From assembly GCF_026571515.1 (NCBI RefSeq), contig NW_026860675.1, positions 1 through 64,000 on the forward strand: a stretch of 64,000 bases of DNA, read 5' to 3'. Position 1 is the stretch's first letter, and each line of letters begins with the position of its first letter. The position numbers and the translations under genes were made by a program. This document shows positions 27,204 to 38,150 of the stretch, one piece after another. This DNA comes from Ruditapes philippinarum (taxonomy: Eukaryota). Under the pieces are notes generated by a model. That model was given only the letters and a program-made list of their open reading frames with translations. It had not been told where the DNA came from and did no database searches.

Positions 27204-28727
27204 ATTTTGACAAATTGTTGTTAACATAATTGGCAAAAGGGAAGAACAGAAATACAATACTTTCGTAAAAAACATTGATACTAGTAACGATACTGTGCAC
27301 AGTAGCGAACGCTGAAAGCACGTGGCAAACGCGTGCGTCCCTCCAGATGGATTTAAGTCTAATTGTCTTTTGAGTGTACGTTTTTACCCGACTGATGTTA
27401 TTCTATTGTAGAACGGAATTCTACTTACAGCTGTTCGTTTGAAATGCTTCTAAGTATCATTTGTTGAATAAGTTTAAAAATTTTAATGACATTTTATCTT
27501 AGTAATTAAATATAATGGTAATAAATGTTTTGGTATTCATATTAGTATTGATTGTAAACAGCGCTTTCTGTATTAGAACAAGGTGCACTTTTGTTTATTC
27601 GTCGGCTTTAAATGTATGTGTATTCTTTAACATTTTTTTATTACATCAATTGTAATTATAATCAACATTCGATAGTGCTTAATCGTCACAAAATAGATCT
27701 GTCACAAATCACAATACTGAACCCTTAATAAAACCCCACAATTTATGACGACTAAATCATCAGTTCTTACATTTTCAATTTCTTATCTGACCTCGGACTT
27801 ATGCATGTGACCTTGACCTTTGCCAAAGGGACTTTGAATGTGCGCAAACACTATGCCTCACAATGTTGAACATTCGGGCTAAGTTATAAAACAACCCTAC
27901 TATGTATGTTGAAGACAATAGGCAAGTATTTTCCTCTGACATCTAGTTGTGACCTTGACCTTGTAACATACTGACTGGTGTTTACAACAATCGCTGCACT
28001 AGTACTTTCAGCGCTTTGATTATATCTATCTTCTGCCCTTTCACTTGTGTTTCAAATGGAAACCCGAGATAAACAAATACCATGCAGCTAATGCTGTCGT
28101 ACGCAATCTTACAGCTATATATAATTTCGCGGTTGTTTGAAGTTGTTTTCGCTGTCGCCAAAAAAAGACGAATAAAACAAGATTTACAACCTTTGTAAAC
28201 TAAAGAACGTCCATGGTGACGGATTGTAAACAAAGTACAGTGTAATGTTGATTCAAGAATTAAGGGCATTTTCAGTGGAACTAATTCATTCAGCGGATGC
28301 ACATTTAAATTTTTAGCAGTTGTATATACATGTACATATATACAATTATATTATTATCATTATATATGTGAATAAATTTCATTTCATTAATTACCTTTGT
28401 TTATATAATTTTTATTATTATTTATATTTTTTTTCCCTGCTGCCCCACTGATATGTATACAAGGTGCAACCCCCCCCCCCCCCAAAAAAAAAAAAAAAAA
28501 CAACAACAACATATATTATAGTTGAGTTTTCTTCTTACATGAATCAATGTAAAAACTGCACTGTTATAGACGCACTGATTTAGAGTCATAGTTAGTCTCA
28601 ACAGGCACTATCCAAAACAACAACAACTGCAAGGCGAGACACGTATAGAAATTACAAAGCTTGAGACGAAAAACATTAAAATTCAATTAATTATTCATAT
28701 GTTTATAAAAAAGTATCTATAAAATAC

Positions 28728-29736
28728 TTATAACTTTAACTTTTTTGTAATTGACAATCGACTGTCTAATGAATCAACAATATAACCGTCCTTAGCTATA
28801 TCAGTTTTCCAACGGCCATGTCTCTTTAAACATCTATCAGACACACCTGAGTTAGCGGCCACTGTAACTCCACTAGCTCTCAAAGAATGTGTACCTAAAT
28901 TTAAATTTGGTGCTACTAACTTTAATTTAGACAAAATGCATTCCCTAACTCGTGTGTAAGACAACTTTTTATTACTTTTTATAAGCGCCGATACCCCCTT
29001 TGACCTAAAACATGGCCTAAACAAAAATTCATTACAGGTTACGTCAAGACAAGCTGCCCTCATATATTTTTTAAGCATATTAAAAGGACATGCATTAGTA
29101 GTACCCTTACAAATCGGAACAGATTTTCCTTGCCTATACACATCAGTTTTGCTCTTACGAATGTTTATCACTAAGTGATCATCATTGAATGTTATATCTG
29201 AACAAATTAAAGAATTCAGTTCGTTGAAACGTAAAAACCCAGCGAAACCTAAAAGAATAATTGACAGATCTCTTAAGGTTACCACGTCGCTGGAATCTGA
29301 AAACATATCACATAATGTTTGTAACATTTCCGAATCTATTGTATCTTCCTTTTTAACAGGTTCATAACATTCTCGTTTACTTGTTTCCAATAAATGTTTA
29401 ACCATTGAATTCGTAGTAGGATCCACATAATCATGCAAAGAATGCATCCATTTAATAGAATACACGGTAGAAGAAATAACACCGTACGACTTTCCGTGAT
29501 CTAACATGTTTGTTAAATACATTGCTACAACTAAAGATGAAGCTGGTTTGGAAACAAAACCATTTTTGACACAATATTCTTCGAAATGTTTGAAATAGTT
29601 CATATATTTCTGTCTAGTAGAAACTGCCTGGGTTGTACAATATAACCTGCCATGTGATCAATAACTGTTTGATGTTTTTGAATGTCCACTCCTGCGTTGT
29701 TCATCATGCTCCTGATTGAAGGTATTAAGTCAACAC
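28728..29736 (-). CDS. Tyrosine recombinase (YR/integrase) of the DIRS-type element; main ORF 28728..29603, N-terminus frameshifted near 29628
   Basis: Catalytic residues FLRFNEL (R), KSKTD (K), HSLR (H-x-x-R), HGRW, DGY (Y); upstream acceptor ttttcgattatag|g at 29737/29736. Confidence 0.93.
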
Positions 29737-29834
29737 CTATAATCGAAAAGGCAAATATTATAAACTTCATAAAATATTGTAAAATAGAATACAGTACATG
29801 TCTCATTAAAATATATCTATATTGGCACTCCAAA

Positions 29835-31920
29835 CTAAAACCTGATCTTGAGTGCCAGCATACAAAACGGCAATGGTGTGTGTGCAAACACGCCATTATT
29901 ACCTTTACCAGTACGTATTATTCCATTTTTTGGTAAAACCTCTACATCTCTTATGTAAGTTTTAAAATTACATTTTGTATCAAACAAACAAGGCCAAAAA
30001 GCTGAAGATTTCCACTTTGGTATAATTAATGTGCAACTTGCATTTTCGTTTACAATTTTGTTTATACACTCTACTATTAGCCGAGGCGGCGGAACTAACC
30101 AATTATTATCATTTTTCCAGGACTGATCCAAAGCATTTATAGCTTCCGTTCCTGGTACCCACCACTTAGAGTTAAACCTTTCACAATGAGTGTTATAATG
30201 AGTAGAAAACCTATCTATTGTGTGTATTCCCCAAATACAATCAAAATATCTGAACCAACGATCTGATATTGACCAATCATCAGAATCAAGACATCTACTC
30301 AAATAATCTGATATCTGATTATTTTCTCTGGGTATCCATTCCGGGCTAATATGGATATTATTTTCTTCACAAAAATCATTGAAACCTAAAGCAATTTTTT
30401 GAAGCTCTGCGTTAACACTGCCGTTCAAAAGAATCGATTTTACATTTTGATTATCAGAAAAAACTTTCACATTTTTGTTTTTGAGAAATTGTGCCTGACT
30501 TCTCACAACCCTATTCACTGCCTCAACCTCACGCCAAGAAGAACTTTTAATCTGTTCTTCAAAAAGCCAACTTCCGGTGACTTTCGTATCTATATCTATA
30601 CTTTTCTTTGTATTATCTAGCATACATTTTTCCACTTCCGGGGAAACAGCTGAAGAAATCGGTGATTTCAACATAACATTCGACATGCAATCCACTTCCG
30701 GGGATAACAATGTTCCACTCATTTGAATATTAGAATGTAATTGAGCTTCATTGCTCGGAAAATATAGGTAACCACCATAACCAGATCCACTGGCATCGCA
30801 AAATACGTGTATATCGTACACTTTCATTTCAGACATGTATTTACCTGATCCATTCAAATTTCTTACATTTTCTTTCCAGTACATAATTTCATGTATGGCT
30901 GATTCGCTCACTAAAACTGGCGAGTCCCAACTAGCCCTAGAGATGATACATTTATACATCTCTCTCGTTCTCAATCTCACTATGTTACCAAAGACAAATT
31001 GAAGAGAAATCAGACGTCCAACCAAAGACGCTAACACACGGACTGGTAGAACACTACACTTGTCACAACTTATCTGATATAGTACAGACTCGATTGATTT
31101 TTCTATGACAGAAATTCGTTCTCCTGTAACAAATATCTTATTCTGAAAAAAATCTAATATAAAACCTAACCATGTTACTTTTTGACAGGGAAACCAATGA
31201 CACTTTTCTTCCGCCAACAAAAAACCAAATTCAATCAGTGTACTTTTTACAAATGCACTACTTTCTAATGCTTCTCGGAAATTAATATGACCACCGATGC
31301 CATCGTCAAGATACATTATCACCTTATGACCTAATGACCTTAAGTACATGACCAATACTCGGACAGTTTTAGAAAAAATATGCCCTGCGCTAGCTATTCC
31401 AAATGGAAGTGAATTAAACACAAAATAAGTCTGTTGACCATTATAGATCCATGAAAAACCTAAATATTTCCTATGAGCTTGAAAAATATCGATGTGATGA
31501 TAAGCTCCTTTCAAATCAAAAGTAAAAGCAAAAACCCCAGCACTAAATAGAGACTGAGCGACACGAACATCTTCAAACTTGATTTTGAATAGATGCAAAA
31601 ACTGATTTACATGCCTACAATCTAAAACCAACCTTGCTTTTCCGGCCTTATTTATAAGCCACAGTCAACGGATTTACAACTTCCGGCACGTGATCTACTA
31701 CCGAAATAACATGTTTTTCTAGTAAACACTCTATTTCCGTCGTAACAAAAGACGGATTGTCTCTAGCGGGCTTATTATTTTTAAGCATTACTTTACTAGG
31801 AATATTTCTAAATGGCAATTTGTAACCATTTTCTATAACTTCTACAATGAAAGAATCGCCATTGATAGATCGCCATTTGCTAGCATGCGCCTTCAATCTT
31901 CCTACTGGCGATATTACACA
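29835..31920 (-). CDS. pol: reverse transcriptase + RNase H + methyltransferase-like domain (frameshift near 31650)
   Basis: RT: VGRLK, VNPLTV, RLVLDCRHVN, DLKGAYHH, LPFGIASA, YLDDG. RNase H: FCDASGSGYGG, REVEAV, SDNQNV, WIPRENNQISDYLSR. MT-like: DDWS..HTIDRFS..RFNSKWW..NWLVPP..IPKW. Confidence 0.92.
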
Positions 31921-32017
31921 CTTAAGTTTTTCTTTTTTGGACTCAAAATGGTCTGCTACTGATACTGAGCATTAACTGTTCGGCTGAGAACAACATCCAT
32001 GATTCACAGAAGAAACA

Positions 32018-32539
32018 TTAAGACTTAAACATTTTTTTAGGAAATACAACGATTTCATTTTCTGAATGATTTTGGTTCGAATCGCAACTAATTGCCTCAA
32101 TATTTATTTGTTCCCTGTAATTGTGATTCAATGAATCACTGTCTAGCATATCGCAATGTTTATTAAATAAACAAAATGTACTCATCTTATTATTCAAATT
32201 TGTAGTATTTGCTGGACATTCTTTTCTCCAGTGACCCGGCTTTCCACAGTAAAAAACATAAGCCTGGTTTCTGTACACCAAATTGCTGCGAAGTGGATTG
32301 ACTTGTAGCTCGTGCAGGTACACTCCTGGTGTAAGGCTTGGTTCTAAACTTTTTAGACTTCTTATTTTTCTCAGCTTTGAGCTTCCTGTCAGCCCTGACT
32401 TCAGCTTTATACATTTTCTTTTCATCATCGCTGTCGTCTGCTAGAGGATTTTGTTCATACTCATGAACTACTCTCCACCCCAATTCACTAGCATCCGCCA
32501 ACTGTATCATCTTTTGTCGGTGTGACAAAATATCCAAGG
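32018..32539 (-). pseudogene. gag exon 2 with CCHC zinc knuckle (frameshift in a T6 run near 32252)
   Basis: RQKMIQLADASELGWRVVHEYEQNPLADDSDDEKK; LCF/YCGKPGHWRKEC is restored by removing one T. Confidence 0.85.
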
Positions 32540-33479
32540 CTGAAAGAAAAATATGCCTATTACTAAAAATATTTAACATAATTTCTATAAATAATGTAAT
32601 CTTTATGAGTCAATATAATCAACTCCTGTGATATAATCCTTGTAACTGAAAATCACATTGATATAATACATAATTTTCTTACAAACTTTTAAAATAAAAG
32701 CAGCCGTATCTAACAAATACTAATATATCACCGTCATTCGTAGTTTTCCTGTGTTTGCTATACTTTAAAAATATCTCAATCAGTAAGCATGCAAAACCCG
32801 TGCTACCGCCATTGATAGTATCACTAAATTTATTTATAAATGATACTACTCTAACTTATTCATATCGGCCTGCGCATTACCAACGCAACGGGTTTTAAAT
32901 CTGTGACAAGCGTATGCAAGTTTATAATGCAACTATATCAGTAATACTATAAAACATGAATCCCCTATTTATACATGTTAAAGAAAAAGGCGAGTCCACA
33001 TTAGTCATTGCTAACCATACAAAAAACATCTATATTGATCGCATCAGCTTATAAAATCTTTATCTTTTTTTTTTTTTTTTTTTTACGTCCTTATGTACTT
33101 ATGTCCAAAAAGACATTAATCTAAATAAATTTGAAAACAGAAGAAACAAAGATTTTTTTTTTTTAAATATAATAGACATATAATTATTATATTTATTATC
33201 ATTCTTATTATTAGCATTATTATTCCTTTAGAAATAAACATATCCCAACAATCTTCATACAGAACAATTCACCTCTAGTATAACAAAAGACACGTGTATC
33301 GAGACCACGTGGTCTACACATTAAACACGTAAAAATATTAGAAAATAGCGAATTTATTAATTGTATCCCGAATTTAAAACTGCTGAATAAAAACCAAGCT
33401 TTTGCAAATTGAAAATGCTTCTTATAAATGGAATAGAGTAGAATTCATTAAGTTTTTGTTTTGTTTTTTAAACACAAAC
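32540..33479 (-). other. Putative 940-nt spliceosomal intron in gag
   Basis: GTTTGT...TTTTTCTTTCAG. Removing it joins SITT-A-LDILSHRQKMIQLADASELGWRVVHEY in frame. The interior is AT-rich and non-coding. Confidence 0.8.
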
Positions 33480-33774
33480 CTGTTGTAATACTGCTTTAGG
33501 CCTTCTCAATTTTACTGCTATCTAACTTAGACTCGGCTTCATTAAGCTTCAACATAACTTTACTATTATGACAAAACTGTTCTTCGTTGCTTTTCCTTTT
33601 AAATTTTGGCTGAGATGATGCCACTAAATTGCTTATTCTAGCAAATTGAGAAGAATTATTTTGTTCACTTATCTTTTCGAACATCGTCCCAATTTCTTGA
33701 AGTAAAGACTGTCTGCTTTCCTCCACGGTGTCCTTTACAACGTCCTTGATAATGTCGTGAGTATCTCGATCCAT
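33480..33774 (-). pseudogene. gag exon 1 of YR retrotransposon (premature TAA at 33496-33498)
   Basis: MDRDTHDII...PKFKRKSNEEQFCHNSKV...IEKA*SSITT, followed by the phase-1 donor ag|gtttgt. Confidence 0.8.
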
Positions 33775-34557
33775 GATAAAAACTTCCCTATGTAGTTAAC
33801 GACGTGTACCAAGCGAGAGTCTCTGTAGAACTGACCACCAGTTTTGATATCGCACCTGTTGAGACAACAGTTCTCCGTCTATACGATGTAACGCGGAGAA
33901 CTACATTTCTTATCATTTTTTTTCTTTTAACAAAAGAGACCGATTCATGTATAATACATATGTTAACTGTTAAAAAATGTTAAAATTTCACTACTTTTTT
34001 ATTTCATTTTTATTCTTGTCACATCAATAAAGCTCATACCATACTTTCGCAAATGTGAATGTGATCAAATCAAGCGGAGATCGATTTGTCAACCTTTTTA
34101 TAAAACCGGTTAAAACCGGTTCTTATGTGACGGTTACAGATTAATAATTATGGTATAAACAGCAACTATACGTCGTTACTGAATACTGATATCTCCTTTA
34201 GCCCGTATTACATGGCACGTTAAGTGACCCTTTGTGACTTTGCGTGTACATTAAAGTAGTCCTCTTTTGAAATATTTTCTTTAGGTACTACCGTATTTGC
34301 CATGTTCATTGACGCATTCTGTCAGATCAGTGCAGATAAAGACAAAAATCCTTCCATTGACACAAACTAAATCTAAATGTTCTTTAATTATCATTATTAT
34401 CACCACCTTAAAATTGAAACTGACTCAGATATCTTAAATATCGATCAATATGACTTTTGGGTCTTTTTTTGTGTGTGTGTGGGGGGGGGGGGTGTACACT
34501 TTTATTCTTTTCAATTACAGGTTGTTTTGAACATCCTACATTTCTTATTTGGAAACT

Positions 34558-34612
34558 GTCGTGACCCGAGTTGGGCTCGAACCCATGATCCTTGGGTTGG
34601 AGAGACATATCG
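34558..34612 (-). mobile_element. tRNA-derived SINE head fragment
   Basis: B box gggttcgagccc on the minus strand. Confidence 0.4.
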
Positions 34613-35218
34613 GGTATTTTGCCTACTTTTTGCATTTTTTTTACAGAGCTGTGCTAATGATATACGTGCTTCATAATTTTTAATCTTTAAAATAACTTAA
34701 TAATTAAGGATATAAAAACATGGTCCGTATATCCTCTAATTGTTGTTATAATAATTATAGTATTAGTAGTTTTTCTATCCTTTGGACTCACTGATTCTAA
34801 CGACCTAAATGTTAAAAAATAATCTTTAGCAACTAAGCCGGTGCAAGGGAGCATACTTGATGTTGTACTGTTCATTATCTCCTACGACAAGACTCAGTAA
34901 TTTTAAATCATCTGTTTTTAATATAACAGTTTCTGCCAGTATTTTGCAGGTGTCACACATAACTTGATGTTTGTATGTATAGGTATCAAAATAGAGGTCT
35001 TTAAAGAGTGGAATACTTCTTTGTGGCAACACAATAAAGCAGGATGGTTGGGTCGGGTCTGTTAATGAGGAACACTGTCAAGTGCTACTTGTGCCATGCC
35101 ACAGAGCTCAGAATGAAGCATTACAAACACTAAAAAGCATCGTGAACATTGGAATTCTTTATGCGGATCAAATGGTATAAGGCCCCGCCAATCACAGACA
35201 GTAAACCGTTGTCAAAGC

Positions 35219-35315
35219 TTTTTTGGGGTTGGGTATTATGTCGCACCAACACAGTATATGTCATATGGCGACTTTCCAGCTTTACTTTCCTGGTGGAGGA
35301 AGACCTCAGGTGTGG
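35219..35315 (-). mobile_element. SINE 3' fragment, same family
   Basis: gtcgcaccaacacagtatatgtcatatggcgactttccagc...ggtggaggaagacc. Confidence 0.55.
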
Positions 35316-36526
35316 GTTTGAAAAGTATATGCTACTGTGAAATTTATCAATTTATTTTGTTTATCATTTGTATTGCTTTTGACATTTCCGGTAAAAGGAT
35401 TGTTTTAAGTTGAATGGCAATACCTCCAACTGTTCTCCTGAAAAGTAATAATTAAAACTGTCAAATGAGCAACTTGGCTGACTCAAGTAAATAGTAAAAT
35501 CCGAGTGTGTGCTAAACTTGATATAATTAATACAGCCGATTCTTCATCTTACGAACTGACTTCAGCGTACCAGTTTTTATACTGTGACACCGTTTTTACA
35601 CTGTGACAGGACGTGAAGACAATGTCATAGGGAAAGTGTACGCTGAGGATTATCGTGCCAGGAATCTGGTACGCTCGCATTCATTCATGAGGCACTCCAT
35701 TGAGTAAAGTGAAGCATCTGCTGATAAAACTGTATAGAATCTATTAATAAGCAAACTTTCAACATATAAAAAACTTATTTCGAACATTAACTAGTTAAGA
35801 ATTTCCGATAGGTGAAAATATTCACTGTTTCGCCGCCATCTTGCCAAATGTTTGATCACGTGACTACGTGAGTAGATTGACCTCGGGTTCATTTTAATAT
35901 GCATGGATAGTTTCGAAAACAATATCATGTGCATTTAACGCCGCATCAGACGAAAGAAAAAAATTAAAAAGCGGCTTATAAAGTGTTGGAAACCAGAACT
36001 ACTCACGATGAACAGCTTCAGTTAAACTGGTTCGGTGATGTTCACACGAATACATGTCTGTTTTCCATTAAACTGAAGGATCTCCTATTTCAATGCAAAT
36101 TTTCCTTTTTCGATGTAAATGTACCCGTTAAGAAAAACAGTTTAAAACACACACTAAATACGAGAACGAAGATATCCGCACAAAGGGTACAAAATAGTAC
36201 TCAAAATGTATAATTAGGGGTTGCAAAGTGAGAGGGAGACCGTAACAAATACAACTACATATAACATCAAAATAACTTTAGCTTACCTTTATTTCGTTTT
36301 ATCTATATATTCCCTCCTTGCATACTTTTATAGATAAATTATTGCTATGTTATTTCATTCAGAAAGAAAAACGAAAATGAAAAACCTATGCGAAACTCGA
36401 TATTGTGTATTGTACGTTGCATTATTATGTTGAAATTAAGCCAATTTTCATATATTCTTTCAATTGTATAATAATTATTTCATAAAGACATTTATACCAG
36501 TTAAATATCAAATTTTAATTATCGTA

Positions 36527-36960
36527 TTTAGCTCAACTATACGAAGTATATGGAGAGCTGTCCTACTCACCCACGCGTCGGCGTCGGTGTCCGCGTCCAG
36601 GTTTCAAATTAAAGTTTTTGTTACTAAGGTGCAACTCTATACTTTAAATATAGCATGTCAATGTTAATTACTCCAACGACAATATTTTTAGAATTATCTT
36701 CCCTTTAAAGAATCTCCACTGTAATTTTGCGTTTAACCGAACATTAATCTTAAAAATTAATTTCCAGTCTCGTTGTGTTAAAAACCCCAGTGGAGTCCCT
36801 TTAAGCTTAGATTTTTTTTTCTTCTTAAACTTCTTTATTTCTGCATGGATTTCATTCAGACTTCAAAAATATGTTTGTGTGTGACTAGATTTATAACGCT
36901 AGCTCCTGTATTTCCAGAATTATCACCATTTATTTTAATATAATTGTTTAAGCTTTTGAG
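36527..36960 (+). mobile_element. HINE-like element with nested MITE
   Basis: tttagctcaactatacgaagtatatggagagct followed by a (gcgtcg)-type microsatellite. Confidence 0.55.
36709..36800. mobile_element. Short TTAA-flanked MITE (Kolobok-like)
   Basis: TTAA|agaatctccactg...cagtggagtccct|TTAA; same family as 44853-45198. Confidence 0.7.
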
Positions 36961-38150
36961 CGGATTACTTATTTATCAATGAAAATTATATTTGATAATT
37001 TCACAGTGAAAATTATCAAAATATAATTTCACAGTGAAAATTAACAAAATATAATTTCACACTTTTTGATGAATAGACTAGAATTTACTTTTTTTAAAGA
37101 TTTTCCCCATGTGGCACCTCACTTTTATTTTCGCTTACAACTACGGCATAATCAGGCCTGTTTAGAGAAAAGCAAAGCTGAAATTGATAAATAACACACA
37201 TTTCAAACGTAACCAAAAAGATAAAACTTACTTCACTTCAACACCAAATATCGCAGTCCAACTAATTGTACCACGCGTTCAGATAGTGTGCTAATCAATT
37301 TATGTGTGGGTAGTGTCTCCCCCTAGCTACGTATGTAAAATAGTGTATTTGTCACGTGACATTACCGGTTCTGTCTGCATGTGTTTATTTTTTCTATTAA
37401 AATCGTTCTGTTAGGAATATTTTCATAAATTAAACATGGAATTGATGTAGAAATGGATAATCTTTAAAGGTATCGTAACATATCTATTTAAATATGAATT
37501 CTAATATGATTTAGACGATTCAAATTTGCGATCAAAATCCCGGCAGGAAAGGTTCTTATTGTTCATAACCACACTGTTATGTATGTGGTACTGCGTTACA
37601 GAGAAATGACGAGACGCTCTTAAAAAATAAAAAGATTTTATACTTAATTCAAGGCATTAATTTATGTAAATATTAATAACTATAATAGGATGAAAATATT
37701 ATTTAATAGGAGCAGATGCAGAACTTATTCGTTGTTTTCAGATCGTTTTAACAATATTAGTAGAATTAAAAGTACGCCACAGTAAAACTATTTCTTGTTA
37801 AAAAAACAAAAACAAAAAAAATAACAAAAAAAAAAACAAAACAAAAAACAGACAAAAACAGGCATTAATTTTGTTCATCTTTCAAGTAAATATAGAATAT
37901 TGGTGATCTTGATATAGTACAATTTTTCAACGCGCATTAGGTTTGTATGTTTTGAGAGCAACGTACAAGATTCCCAGTGAAACCCACATTTCTTAGGAAT
38001 TTGACAGTCTGTTGTTTGTTAACGGGCTGATTAACAATCAAATGATACTTTCAATGTACAAAATAATGTTGATCAATAATAGAACGAACAAATTTTAAAC
38101 ACGGTGCTTCGGTGATATATATGTTTGTGCGATATTTTTCCATGAAAACA

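Larger units (their letters stand above)
20931..28023. repeat. ~7.1-kb tandem segmental unit, copy C (internal ~1.15-kb duplication, ~22410-23560 and ~23565-24670)
   Basis: Direct alignment with copy B; the block starting catgtacttaatat occurs twice. Confidence 0.92.
28592..33914 (-). mobile_element. DIRS/PAT-type tyrosine-recombinase retrotransposon (degenerate; 3' tail may extend to ~28030)
   Basis: Carries gag (CCHC), RT, RNase H, MT-like and YR domains. Boundaries come from the paralogous site tagagtcatagct|atttttttct. IR gtctcaacagg (28595-28605) / cctgttgagac (33855-33865); 5' hairpin 33869-33902. Confidence 0.92.
28539..34017. repeat. Partial fourth copy (D) of the tandem unit, interrupted by the YR retrotransposon
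   Basis: 28539-28591 matches unit 14086-14108 and 14283-14306; 33915-34040 matches unit 14309-14432 (ttttaacaaaagagaccgattca...cttgtca). Confidence 0.75.

Noticed and set aside
28728-29603. Prokaryotic phage integrase, retron or contamination
   Set aside because: The YR is linked to a CCHC gag and RT-RNaseH-MT in DIRS order and is embedded in a eukaryotic tandem unit.
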